DNA from: Octopus vulgaris
Lineage: Eukaryota
DNA length: 64,000 bases
NCBI GenBank assembly: GCA_951406725.2
Contig: OX597818.1
Location: 87,358,001-87,422,000 of the forward strand
Direction of reading: 5' to 3'
Part shown: positions 42,280 through 55,720 of the stretch, piece by piece
Numbering within the stretch: position 1 is the stretch's first letter
Layout: each line of letters opens with the position of its first letter
The notes under the pieces: model-generated
What the model was told of the DNA's origin: nothing
Databases searched by the model: none
What the model saw: only the letters and a program-made list of their open reading frames with translations
Made by a program: the position numbers and the translations under genes

Positions 42280-42588
42280 TATATGTATAATTATTTATAT
42301 GTATGTACGTGTACCTGTGTGTTTGTATTTATGTATATACAGCATAATCTCAATATATATATGCATATGTGTACATAAACACAGAACATACACTCACTCA
42401 TCTAATTATACATATATGTGTGCTTGTGCATTTTCAATAGATATAAATGTATATATTTATGCATCCACATTCATAGTTACACATACACATCTTCGCGCCA
42501 CTTATCTATACTCACACACTTGCATATATACACGTATATACGTACGTTTGTGTATATATATATATATATATACATGTATATATATATG

Positions 42589-42619
<31 letters not shown>

Positions 42620-42627
42620 GTGTATAT

Positions 42628-42699
<72 letters not shown>

Positions 42700-43341
42700 T
42701 ACTAATATAGGTGGAGAATTACAATAGAAAACTATATAACTGGAAAATATATCAGCGGAACAAAGATATAAAAAGATAAAACAAAGACTCCCCCAGCGCC
42801 ATTACCACCACCCCCGCCGCCACCTACGACAACAAGAAGACGAAGAAGAAGAAGAAGAACAACAACAACGGCAGCAAGAAATTCATTTAAGAATTGATAG
42901 ATCTTTAGTAGAGGTCTCTCTCTCTTCTCGAGGAGGCATCTATCGGGAAAAAGTACTGGGGGTATGTATATTATTGAATCGAATCGAACAGAATGGAGAG
43001 GAAAGAATATAAGAATATGAGAATGCAGGGAGAGAAAGGGAGAGACAGCAAGAGAGAGAAAGAGAGGGGAGAGTTAGGCGGTAAAGAACGAGGAGTGTGG
43101 AGAGCGCAATGCAGTGGAGAGGTCGAGGGCGAGAGGTATCTGAACAGCGAATGGTGGGTTCTTGGAAGGAGAAAACAATAGTATAGAATTGGCAAAGTAG
43201 TTAAATTCTCTGTCAGTTTTTACTGCCAACACTAATTCTCGGCTCCTTTGATCATCTTCCACATTACACATTTGATCGGAAACTCTGAGGAATACGTCTT
43301 CTGCTGTCTTTCATTTCAAGTTGCAACATTGTTTACTAATG

Positions 43342-43553
<212 letters not shown>

Positions 43554-43768
43554 ATTTGCTGATCTGTTTCTCTTCCTCTTTCTCTCTTTATCCCTAACTC
43601 CTTCCTTTCACTCTGTCTTTTCATCTATCCCACCATGAATGTATGTATGTATGTATGTATGTATGTATGTATGTATGTATGTATGTATTCATGTATCTAT
43701 TTATCCATCACACGCTCGCTTCAATATACACACACGCGAGCCCACACACATACACAAACACATATATG

Positions 43769-43828
<60 letters not shown>

Positions 43829-43885
43829 TACACACATACGCGCACACAAATATACATACATACGTTCACACGTGCATACACACAC

Positions 43886-43916
<31 letters not shown>

Positions 43917-43987
43917 CATATATACATATACGTACATACATATGCATATAAATGTAAATATGTTCATATATATGTATGTGTATATAC

Positions 43988-44030
<43 letters not shown>

Positions 44031-44604
44031 CACGCATAAATAAATGTATATATGGATACACATATAAATATGTACGTACACACAGACACGCACGCACACA
44101 CTCACTTATGTATATACGTACTTGCATATATCTTTTAATCAATGCCAATATAACGAAACAAAGTGTATGTAGTTATATCGAACAAAAGGATAAATTCCCT
44201 AAGAAAAGGCCTCGATTCAACGGAAGACATAGCTTTAAAATAGTGTTTCTCCCTCAACGATTCCATGATTAACCTCGCCATCATATACCTTGTGATGAGG
44301 TCACAGTTTCACACACACACACATATATATATATATAAATATATATATATATCTATACATATATAAACATATATATATGTAAATATGTATATAAATGAAT
44401 ATACTCACACTTTAAACAAAAATAATGTGGTATGGTATCATCATTAATCATAGTGAAGAAACGAAACGCGTTAGGTTTCATTCGCTCCGGGAAAAGACTT
44501 GCCTCCAATTTCTTAACTGCTTTTCGATAAAGTTTGAAATGTGTAATACTTTGTGTTGTATAAACAAGAGGTAGGTATAAATATGTTTAATATTTGAAAG
44601 GCGG

Positions 44605-44746
44605 AAGGCGGTGAGCGGGCATAATTGTCAGTATGCCAGGCGCAATGATTAGCGTCCGTTCGCCCAACTTCACGTTCTGAGTTCAAATTCCACCGCGGTC
44701 GACTTTGCCCTTCATCCTTTCGGAGGTCGATAAAATAAGTACCAGT
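44605..44746 (+). mobile_element. Family A SINE, 3'-truncated
   Basis: aaggcggtgagc..gagttcaaattcc..cgataaaataagtaccag. Confidence 0.8.
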
Positions 44747-44789
44747 TTAAGTAATGGTCAATACGGGTAGAGGATGTTAAAGTCGCTCC

Positions 44790-45030
44790 TTTCTTCTCCT
44801 GCGTTTTACCTCCTCATTTTATCTGTTCTGCTCGAAGAAGCTGGCTCTATTGCAGATGACAGTCCTCCAGGCTGTCCTATCCATGACAATCTGTTCCCAT
44901 GAGGATAGCTGGATGTTAGTCTGAGCCAGGGTCTGTTTGAGCTGGTCTTTAAAACGGAATTCCGGGCATTCCCTGGGTCCTGTTCCGATTACAAGTTCTC
45001 GGGAGACGAGACGGCTTCGTACGCTGGACA
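44790..45030 (-). mobile_element. RTE (BovB-like) LINE C-terminal fragment
   Basis: ELVIGTGPRECPEFRFKDQLKQTL..WEQIVMDRTAWRTVI..FEQNR. Confidence 0.7.
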
Positions 45031-45346
45031 TGACCTGCCTAGCAGAGACGATGGCGAAGAATGGGACAGATTGACCTTCTACTCTGCTATGCATGCGCAC
45101 TAAATTTTAACCTTCTCGCTTTCTTCCGCTGTTTACAGTAGTGCTTGAAAGGAACGTGTGTAGAGTGTGATTGTTGCATTGGGCATGACAGAGAAATCTG
45201 AGCAGAGAATCTGCCTCAAATATATATACATACACATGCATATGCAAATATACATACATACATACATACATACATACATAATATATACATACATACATAC
45301 ATACATACATACATACATACATACATACATACATACATACATACAT

Positions 45347-45379
<33 letters not shown>

Positions 45380-45474
45380 TATTGATGTAAGGATTGCATT
45401 GTTCAATTAAATGGAGCCGCTTGAAACGGTTGTACTGCATCACTACTTGATATCTTGTTTATTTTGATTATATG

Positions 45475-45520
<46 letters not shown>

Positions 45521-45615
45521 GGGAAGCTTTATGAAAATAAACAAAAGACGAAGGCAGGTGGAATACAAACAAACAATTGTATTAGTATGGCGCTCAGGAA
45601 TATAAATAAAACAAG

Positions 45616-45653
45616 TCTTTTACGTTTCGAGCCTACGCTCTTCAACAGAAAGA
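45616..45653 (-). ncRNA. Minimal hammerhead variant (CUGUUGA core with extra A) in module 45518-45720
   Basis: Minus strand: tcttt-CTGTTGA-a-gagc-gtag-gctc-GAAA-cg-TA-aaaga. Confidence 0.72.
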
Positions 45654-45784
45654 TACACAGAAAAGAAACACGGAAAGAAACAAGGAGAGAAAAAAAAATG
45701 CGTGCAGAAGCTAGCGAACACACAGATATGACAAAAATAAATAGAAACCCTTATAATCATTAAAATTTATTTAAATTTGAAATT

Positions 45785-46980
45785 ATAGTCGGCCGCCAAT
45801 ACTTTTGGGTAGCTTATCCTGTTCAGGTTATATTATTAGCATTATCCTGCGTTTGAGAATTTAAAATCACTTCCTTAACTTTCTAAGACATCTCAACGCT
45901 TAGCAAACTTCATTTGTTTATTTATGTTCATCGTAATTTGAATTTAACGTATTTACTAATTGTTATAATGTGGATATTTAATATTTATTAGATATGCTCT
46001 CTGCATTTTTCAATGCAAGGACCCCATTATGCATATTACTGATCACATAAACATTCTCTTGCTGAATTTCTTGGCAAATAATCTTGAAAGATTTGGTTGT
46101 GAAGATGCTTTCTTGTTCTTTTTAGGAAGTGTCCCGTCCATTATGTCCCGGAGGTGTTCAATAGGGTTCATATCATGTGACTGGCTTGGTCAATGAAACT
46201 TTTTAATGCCATTCTCATCCAACAAATCTCGGGTCATTTTAGCCCTCTGACCAGGTGCACATCTTCCATAGATAAAGAGTCTTCTTTAATCATTTCACCA
46301 TTGAAGAAGATTGGAAGGAGTCCTTTCTGCAATATGAAAATATATCTATCTGAGTTTATGCTTTCCTCACACTCTACCAGCTCTGATCAACTATTGCTTC
46401 AAATTGCTCCCCAGACCATCACAAAATAGCTGTCATGTTTTATTGTTGGCTGAAATCATTTCACATCAAATTCTTGATCATAGAATCTCCAGTGCCACAC
46501 TCGACCACTGTCAAGAAATACAGCAAATCTTGACTCATCAGAGAATATGACAGTGTCCCAAAATGCCAGTGGCCTCTCCACCATCTCACTGGCCCAATCT
46601 TTTCTCTGCTTGATGTTGGCTGGTCGAAGAAGTGGCTTCCATCATGCTGCTCTGCTATAGTAATCACGTTTGTAGAGATATCTGACAGCTGTTTTGGATT
46701 GACATCAACTTGTTCTGCTGTCAGAGGCTTTGCAACGAGGATTATACTCCACATTTCTTTTGCAAAGAGAAAGGTCCTGTCAGAGGGCCCTGGTTGATCT
46801 GGTCGATGTGATGTGGACTCCTTCCCCTCTCTGGTGAATTGCACAATGTAGAAATTGGGACCCCAGGATTTTGTGCGATTTTACCTTCAGGATGGGTTTC
46901 CTTGAAATCCAGACAGTTCCAAGGTTTCTTTTGTACATAGTATAATTAAACAGTCACACACATAACCTGAAACATAAAAA
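45785..46980 (-). mobile_element. Degraded Tc1 transposon, most of the transposase
   Basis: Minus strand: DTVIFSDESRF, PTIKH..VMVWGAI, RYIFILQKGLLP, APGQRAK..LDENGI, *PSQSHDMNPIEHLRDIM (DDE region); multiple frameshifts. Confidence 0.85.
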
Positions 46981-47026
46981 TGTCAATAAAAAAAATATAA
47001 ACCATCACAAATTAAAATAAATAAAC

Positions 47027-47090
47027 CACCTGATGAATGACTGCGACTCAAAAATTTGAAGATGTTAGCAGGCATGAAACGATCGTAGTG
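47027..47090 (+). ncRNA. Type I hammerhead ribozyme, canonical core
   Basis: cac-CTGATGA-atgactgc..gcaggcat-GAAA-cgatcg-TA-gtg; module ends at (AT)n near 47215. Confidence 0.88.
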
Positions 47091-47215
47091 TGATATTAAT
47101 TATATATTTAAATAATTTTGTTATATATTTAAATAATATAAATTAAATAATATTATGTATTGGATTAAGTTTTTCATTGTTTGATTTGCCTAATAGTGGT
47201 TTTGTCTCTAATTTA

Positions 47216-47296
<81 letters not shown>

Positions 47297-47479
47297 CAAA
47301 ATTAGAAAATGGAGAAACATACTTAAATCAATCAAACATCAACCATCAGATGATACCCAATCAATACTTTATTACACCATTACATAACAGTAAAGGCATT
47401 ATACAAAATATATTGTAAATATAATTAGACAAGGAAATAGAAATATAAAATATAAAATATAATATGTAATTATATCATA

Positions 47480-47590
47480 TCTGACAGCTGTTTCGGCAAT
47501 AAGGGCAAGCATGCCTCATTTAACCTATAAGCCATATAAGGCACGTATAAATGAGACATTAACAAGGATGCCCCACCGCCTCTTCAGAGA
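47480..47590 (-). ncRNA. Type I hammerhead ribozyme with very long stem II
   Basis: Minus strand: tct-CTGAAGA-ggcggtggggca..atgtctcattta/taaatgaggcat..tgcccttattgcc-GAAA-cagctg-TC-aga. Confidence 0.85.
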
Positions 47591-48216
47591 ATTTAATAAA
47601 TTATAATTGTGAAAAAATTTTTTTCCATATACATATAAATATAAAAATGTAAAATATAAAAACGTGTGCATAGACACCATAATACTACACACATATATAT
47701 ATTCATTAATACAATAATACAAGATAAACAAAACAAAATAAAACAAAATATATATCAATATATATTAATAAGCACAGTTATTCTACATATTGAGCTAATA
47801 TTTCTAAAAACTAACACACAGGAAAATATATGCACACTCACATTTAAATTAAAATCAGACCTATACATGAAAAATAATAAAAAAACCACATTTCAGTTCA
47901 TAAAATTATAAACCTGTAAAAGTCAATAAAAATTACTATTAATATTAATAATAATAATAATAATAACAGATACAATTATGTCTGTACCAAGTACATCCAT
48001 CGGATATCGACATATCTATGAGTCTGGTTATTCTGTCCGCTTGATATTGATTATTCTAGATTAATTCGATTGGTTTATAGTTTAAAATTTGAATCACAAA
48101 AGAAATTTTACGGTTAGTTAGTCAAGAAACGCACATACGCACACGCACATCCACAGATCAATCGCAAATACATACATAATTATATGTATACACACACACA
48201 TACACTCATACACATA

Positions 48217-49015
48217 CATATCCACAAACAACGTCCAACACATAAATAAATAAATAATAAAAGAGGTATAGTCCTATCAATGCAGCCATCCAGCCTCTCA
48301 AAACTACAACCATGCCACAAAATTAACAAAATAGATCCACTCACATATTTCCATAAAATATTTGTTTTAAAGATACATATATTTATATATCACGACATCG
48401 AATGTTATTTACGCAGGGTACACGTAGAATGTGGCACCGGTCTTATCTGTAGTCAACATAACGATTACTGATTTCAACGTAATTTGCTATAATCGCATGT
48501 ACGCTAAGTTATAAAGTATAGATTAATTTTTTATATTATAAATATATATCTTTTCTACGTAATAAATCAAGTGCCATTATAATATTAATATTTAACCAAC
48601 AAGGAACCTAACCTACGAACTAATAGAATTACACTCAGATATACATATTCTTGTGTATCAGCAGATATAAACAAACGCACCGTCTATTCTCATATGTGGC
48701 TCGCAAGTACTTATATATAAATATACTTTTAAGCAACCGTGGACACATAGATAACAAATGTGATAATTAACAAGATTTGGCATTAAATAATATCAATGGG
48801 GGACTAACCAATACAATTATATATAAGTAAATAACAGAAATTAAATTAATTATAAGTTAATAAATTGTAAATACTTAAGTTAAAAATATGATAAAATAAA
48901 TAAGAAGAAATAATTAAAATTATATACATAATATAAGTACAAACCAGTATACATGTATCCATATATTATTAAAATAAATAATTGATATGCATGTATATAT
49001 CTACACTTAAATAAG

Positions 49016-49046
<31 letters not shown>

Positions 49047-49580
49047 CTAAATAAGTAGATGACTAAATGAATAGATAGATACCATAGAGAACAAATTCAG
49101 ATAAATGCATAGGTACAGGTACACCTAATATGTAGTAATGCTAATATGCATATATCCACATATGCTTAAAAGAGTATATATGTAAATAAATAACATAAAA
49201 TAAAGTGAAGATATATATTGAAGAAAGTACTAATATAAACTTAGTATACAGGCTAATATTATGTAAATTTATACCTGTAGATAATGAGTAAAAAAATGAA
49301 TAGATGAATAACATAATGTACAAATCCAGAAGACTATAAATATAGACCAAATATATAAGGCTGCTAATATTTATAAAGCCAAATGTGAGTAAATGAAAAG
49401 GTTTATTAATAAATAGCATAAGATACAAATTAAAGTGAGTACAAAGATACACCAAATATACAATATATAAGCCTGCCAAATAAACACATACAAAAACCCA
49501 AATTCCCAACCCAAACAAACAAACTCCCAAAAAGACTCTCCCATGGTGGGTTGAATTTTCAACCCCTATCTCATTTTATA

Positions 49581-49651
<71 letters not shown>

Positions 49652-50783
49652 TATATATATATAATATGAATTAGAGATAAAACCACTATTAGGCAACTCA
49701 AACAGTGATAGGTATAAACCAATACATAAATAACAAATAATATAAACATAATTAATATAATATATATATATATATATATATTTAAACTTTTAAATTTTTA
49801 AGTTTAAAATTTTCCAAAAAGTATAAAACAAATGATAAATATATACTCCACATATATATTAATAGTTATCGCCAAGCTAATGTGGCAGTCCATAAATATA
49901 GGGCGAAAGCTGCCGTTGATTAGCTCTAAGCGGCCATCGCCTCTAGCTAGCTATATTATAACATTCGAACAGGGAGGTCAGCCGCATATCCACAAACAAC
50001 GTCCAACACATAAATAAATAAATAATAAAAGAGGTATAGTCCTATCAATGCAGCCATCCAGCCTCTCAAAACTACAACCATGCCACAAAATTAACAAAAT
50101 AGATCCACTCACATATTTCCATAAAATATTTGTTTTAAAGATACATATATTTATATATCACGACATCGAATGTTATTTACGCAGGGTACACGTAGAATGT
50201 GGCACCGGTCTTATCTGTAGTCAACATAACGATTACTGATTTCAACGTAATTTGCTATAATCGCATTTACGCTAAGTTATAAAGTATAGATTAATTTTTT
50301 ATATTATAAATATATATCTTTTCTACGTAATAAATCAAGTGCCATTATAATATTAATATTTAACCAACAAGGAACCTAACCTACGAACTAATAGAATTAC
50401 ACTCAGATATACATATTCTTGTGTATCAGCAGATATAAACAAACACACCGTCTATTCTCATATGTGGCTCGCAAGTACTTATATATAAATATACTTTTAA
50501 GCAACCGTGGACACATAGATAACAAATGTGATAATTAACAAGATTTGGCATTAAATAATATCAATGGGGGACTAACCAATACAATTATATATAAGTAAAT
50601 AACAGAAATTAAATTAATTATAAGTTAATAAATTGTAAATACTTAAGTTAAAAATATGATAAAATAAATAAGAAGAAATAATTAAAATTATATACATAAT
50701 ATAAGTACAAACCAGTATACATGTATCCATATATTATTAAAATAAATAATTGATATGCATGTATATATCTACACTTAAATAAG

Positions 50784-50814
<31 letters not shown>

Positions 50815-51348
50815 CTAAATAAGTAGATGACTAAATGAATAGATAGATACCATAGAGAACAAATTCAGATAAATGCATAGGTACAGGTACACCTAATATG
50901 TAGTAATGCTAATATGCATATATCCACATATGCTTAAAAGAGTATATATGTAAATAAATAACATAAAATAAAGTGAAGATATATATTGAAGAAAGTACTA
51001 ATATAAACTTAGTATACAGGCTAATATTATGTAAATTTATACCTGTAGATAATGAGTAAAAAAATGAATAGATGAATAACATAATGTACAAATCCAGAAG
51101 ACTATAAATATAGACCAAATATATAAGGCTGCTAATATTTATAAAGCCAAATGTGAGTAAATGAAAAGGTTTATTAATAAATAGCATTAGATACAAATTA
51201 AGGTGAGTACAAAGATACACCAAATATACAATATATAAGCCTGCCAAATAAACACATACAAAAACCCAAATTCCCAACCCAAACAAACAAACTCCCAAAA
51301 AGACTCTCCCATGGTGGGTTGAATTTTCAACCCCTATCTCATTTTATA

Positions 51349-51419
<71 letters not shown>

Positions 51420-51754
51420 TATATATATATAATATGAATTAGAGATAAAACCACTATTAGGCAACTCAAACAGTGATAGGTATAAACCAATACATAAATA
51501 ACAAATAATATAAACATAATTAATATAATATAATATATATATATATATATTTAAACTTTTAAATTTTTAAGTTTAAAATTTTCCAAAAAGTATAAAACAA
51601 ATGATAAATATATACTCCACATATATATTAATAGTTATCGCCAAGCTAATGTGGCAGTCCATAAATATAGGGCGAAAGCTGCCGTTGATTAGCTCTAAGC
51701 GGCCATCGCCTCTAGCTAGCTATATTATAACATTCGAACAGGGGAGGTCAGCCG
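48217..51754. repeat. Near-identical tandem duplication, 1768-bp period
   Basis: catatccacaaacaacgtcc at 48217 and 49985; paired ORFs 48280/50048 and 49141/50909; only a few substitutions plus microsatellite length differences seen. Confidence 0.95.
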
Positions 51755-51986
51755 CTTCCCCTTGCTGGTGAGGCAGCTGAAGACTAGTTTCAGGATATTT
51801 GCCCTTTATCAATGCAGAGTAGCCGAACCCAGCAGGGATCGCTGCTGAGCGTCTGTTCGAAGGGTTATTTACCTAAATTCAGTGGAATACATCCACTGGT
51901 TTTCAAAATTAGAAATATTATTATTTCTAAGTCTCTCTAAAGGAGATTACGGCAGCGGTACTGGATATTAATAGTTATCACCAAGC
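51625..51986 (-). ncRNA. ~340-nt terminally redundant, highly structured unit containing a U3-A8 hammerhead (51777-51817)
   Basis: Direct repeat atattaatagttatc(g/a)ccaagc at 51625 and 51965. Minus-strand HHR: ctgca-TTGATAA-aggg-caaata-tcct-GAAA-ctag-TC-ttcag. Nested long-range helices. Confidence 0.75.
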
Positions 51987-52041
51987 ATGCTTTAGCTTCG
52001 TTACTATGGCAACAGTCCGGATATTTGTTGAACAGACCTCG
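51986..52041. mobile_element. Isolated mariner-type TIR end
   Basis: Reverse complement reads TA|cgaggtctgttcaacaaatatccggac, a typical mariner terminus. Confidence 0.6.
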
Positions 52042-52120
<79 letters not shown>

Positions 52121-53071
52121 TTATATAATTCTGTGTATATATATGTGTGTTTAGGAGTGTACATATATGTATATGTATGCGCCTGCACAGGCACCTGCAA
52201 AATAACCACCCACATACATACTCATTGTTATTTTTAAAAAGCACTCTGTCGCTGATATCTATCAATTGAAAGCATTACTTAGAAGTATTATTTTAGAATA
52301 TTGCTTAAATAGCAATCCAATTTCACGTCTTCGATTACATGGGATTTATGACGTACATAATAATATTACCACGATAACCAGAAATGAAATCAAAAGTGTG
52401 TGTCTGAAGCTGTCTTTTTCGCACGTGTCGTTCACAAAGATTTTTAAACGAAAGAACGTGAAGAAAAGAGTTTACTTCAAACTTGCACTTCATATTTAAA
52501 AAAAAATATTCAGACAGCGGATATTCAAAAGAAAACCAGGATTGGTTTACCAGTAAATGATCGGAAACGAGCAACTCTGGTTACTGGAAATCAGAGCCTT
52601 TACACTTATATCTTTGTGCATGTTTGTACAAGCGAGTGTACTTGTGTCACACAACCTAAGCAAGGGCGTTTATATATCCATATCTGTGAACGGTTATATT
52701 TAATACTTTTTTCACTGTATTGTGTATTCGTTACTTTTTGCATCTATTAATTATTATTGATCTTATATAAAAATAATTTGCTGCTTCTCTGTACACAAAC
52801 TGAGAAGACATCTTGCGCAATAGCCGTTATTTTAATGAGATATATCTTGTAATCACTCAAAGAGACACATCTACACCGTCAGATACTCCCAAATCAGTTG
52901 TCAAGTATCCCACCCGTGAGGGATCAATGCTAGATAGGCCGAAACAATTGTAGTCATTAATAAACATTCTCGTATCTTCCATCTTCCGTCTCTCTCATTA
53001 ATCAAATATACGACGGAAACATATATTCTAAAAGAGAAGCAAGTCCGAAATGAGCCGAGCTTTCGAGCCAG

Positions 53072-53122
53072 TCTTAACTGATGAGGCAACGGAAATTGCC
53101 GAAACTGACGTCAGTATCAAGA
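53072..53122 (+). ncRNA. Type I hammerhead ribozyme, canonical core, 12-nt palindromic stem III
   Basis: tcttaa-CTGATGA-ggcaa-cggaaa-ttgcc-GAAA-ctgacgtcag-TA-tcaaga. Confidence 0.9.
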
Positions 53123-53374
53123 ATTCACGATCGGCATTTTTCGGACGATTAAGGTCCTTGTTAGTATATATGATTACATTTATGTGCGTTGACAACAGCA
53201 TCGGAGCATTTTAGCTCTTATTTATAGCAATGTAAGTGTTTCTAACACGCTAGTCACATTTAGTGACAATTGTGTGTGTGTGTGTATACATATATACATA
53301 TATATTTATATATATTTATATATATATCCATATGAATATATATATACATATACATATACATACATACATACACA

Positions 53375-53424
<50 letters not shown>

Positions 53425-53789
53425 AAACTAAGGGAAAGAACTTTGAATGAATCATTGTGATAGCATTGAAGTTTCACCGCTACCATGATAACCAAGCTGA
53501 TCAACGCAGAGGAGTTCCAACTTGATGAAATTTCCAAGTGGTTTAAATGTACAAGTCTCGGATATCCAAAGTGGTTAAAAAGTGTCAGAAGGAGGGCACC
53601 CAGGAGTCATGGCCTGGATGTAGCCCAGCAGCTTTAGAGCGTAAGAAGTTAAAGGTCGAAACACTTGCCTGTTAAAGGTCGAAACATAAAGATACATACA
53701 CACACACACATATATGTATGTATGTGTGTATATATATATATATTGGATATATGTTATCCCATGGAGGGTTGAATTTACAACCCCTATCT

Positions 53790-53842
<53 letters not shown>

Positions 53843-53860
53843 TAAGCACATATACATAAA

Positions 53861-53923
<63 letters not shown>

Positions 53924-53927
53924 ATAT

Positions 53928-54087
53928 GCGACAGGCTTCTTTCAGTTTCCGTTTACCAAATCCACTCACAAGGCTTTGATCGGATTGGGACTATATAATA
54001 ACAGACGGTTGTCCAAGGTGCCACGCAGCGGGACTGAATCCGAAACCATGTGATCGGAAAGCGAGCTTCTTACCACACAGCCACGCC
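53928..54087 (-). mobile_element. Family B SINE 5' half
   Basis: ggcttctttcagtttccg..ccaaggtgccacgcag..ttaccacacagccacgcc. Confidence 0.85.
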
Positions 54088-54459
54088 ATATATGTATGCA
54101 TGGACACACACACACACACACACATGTACAAGCACGCGCGCACACACACAGTAATATATTTGCAATCTACATTATTTCAATAATATATAGTTTCAGTAAT
54201 ATATTGACAATCTACTATATTTAAACTATATCTTCAATAAACGAACAATAAGCTCGTCAAATTTACATACTGTTGTATGTTTAAAGAGAATAAATTTCCC
54301 AGAGACCTCCTCTGTATGAAAAGCAGTAATCGAGTTAATGTCAGTGAGCATTAAAATCTAATCAGACATAATTAAGTGTAATTATGTGACAAGAAATTCA
54401 CAATATTTGTTAATGACTTATGTAATTTTAATTATTCTGAAAATTACGCTAGACAGCTT

Positions 54460-54810
54460 AGGCGCAACATGGCTGAAAGGCAAATAACTTCGCTTCGTAA
54501 TACAATGTCACAGGTTCGATCCTTCTGCATTAGATTTTGTGAAAACGTTATTTTGTATATCCTCGGGTTACCCAATGTATCTTGTGAGCGAAACTGGGTA
54601 GAGGGGAACTGTATAGAAGCTTGCCTGGTGGATTGTACATGTAATTCAAAAGATACAACGATGTCACACACACTGAGTCATGATGATTCTGCCTGAGAAT
54701 TAAAGAGTATATATGTGTGCGGAATACTCAGCCACTTATATGTTTATTCAAGAGCATGTAATTCAGTTGATCGAATAAATGAATCTTCGTCATCGAACGA
54801 CGGAGATCGT
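54460..54810 (+). mobile_element. Old SINE, family B-related head with a different 3' half; related fragment on the minus strand at about 37925-38215
   Basis: ggcgcaacatggctg..ggttcgatcc..gtgtgcggaatactcagccactta matches the reverse complement of aagtggttgagcactccacagacacg. Confidence 0.55.
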
Positions 54811-55084
54811 CCGTGACCATCGTCACGGGAGACAATTCTGTACTGCTTCGGTTTTGTTAGCTCTTTTTAACAAAAAAGAAAAAGAAAAAAAAAGAAAAAG
54901 AAATAAGCTTCACCGTACTCCATACTAATATGAAATTTTTTATAATTAGTTTTGTTTTAATGCTCTTCGCATTCTATATGTAAGAAAAACGCCTTTAACT
55001 ATTGTTTTTTAGGAGGATCGACTCTGAGTAATTTCTTCAAATACTTATTCCTATAAAGTATCTCAATTTCCTACTTGTCTTTCA

Positions 55085-55720
55085 AAAGCTGTAGTCTAAT
55101 GAACTAGTTTCACACCGTACGTTGGCATCACGAATCACCACACGGGCATAACAGCTAGAGATTTTAAGGGAAGATAAACGCAACGCATGCATTCCTTCAG
55201 GTGTCTACTGCTTTATCTCGCTTCTTCTAAAGACTCCAGAACCAAGGAAACGACATCCGTAATATCATATGGAGCAGCATTGACAAAGCTCCTTCTAACT
55301 TACCAGGGATTCATAATTGCCAACTCTGCTTCCGCGAGAAGCTTCATATACTTCAACATATTCTCTCTAACTTGTTTACTATATCGTGCATCTACATAGC
55401 TATTCTCTCAAAACTACAAGCAAGATACAGTCTGTGCTTTGCAGAAGTGGCCCAATAAGACCGGACCGAAATACATCTGGAACGCATTTCTATACTAACC
55501 TGAAATGACATTCCTAACATCATATGGAGCGTCAATGACAAGGCTATTCTTTACTCACCGGAGCTCATAATTACCAACAATGATTCGCTAGGAATCTTCG
55601 TATACTTTACATATACTCTCTAACTAGTGTACTATACCAAATGTCTTCATAGTTATTCTCTCAAAACTACAAAACTATGCTTCCCTGAAGCGGTCTAATA
55701 AGACCGAAATTTGGGATCCA
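55085..55720 (+). mobile_element. Penelope-like GIY-YIG C-terminal relic in diverged tandem (~255 bp), each unit ending in an HHR remnant
   Basis: STALSR..NIIWSSIDKAPSNLPGIHNCQLCFREKLHIL; second unit ends ttcc-CTGAAGC-ggtc-taataa-gacc-GAAA-ttt-ggga (55681-55716). Confidence 0.65.

Noticed and set aside
44287-44476. Split hammerhead (acct-tgtgatga ... GAAA-cgcg-TT-aggt)
   Set aside because: Core out of register, no stem II pairing, halves separated by microsatellite; could be chance.
46461-46844. 127-aa ORF as a host gene
   Set aside because: Frameshifted mosaic of the degraded Tc1 transposase.
47600-49560. Possible NUMT or membrane-protein ORFs (49141-49530, 50909-51298)
   Set aside because: The hydrophobic look comes from AT skew; I found no recognisable mitochondrial gene or tRNA motif.
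51640-51690. Plus-strand type III hammerhead across the 340-nt unit junction (gtcc/gggc-GAAA-gctgccgt)
   Set aside because: The core reads CUAAUGUGGCA and stem III is out of register; the minus-strand HHR fits better.
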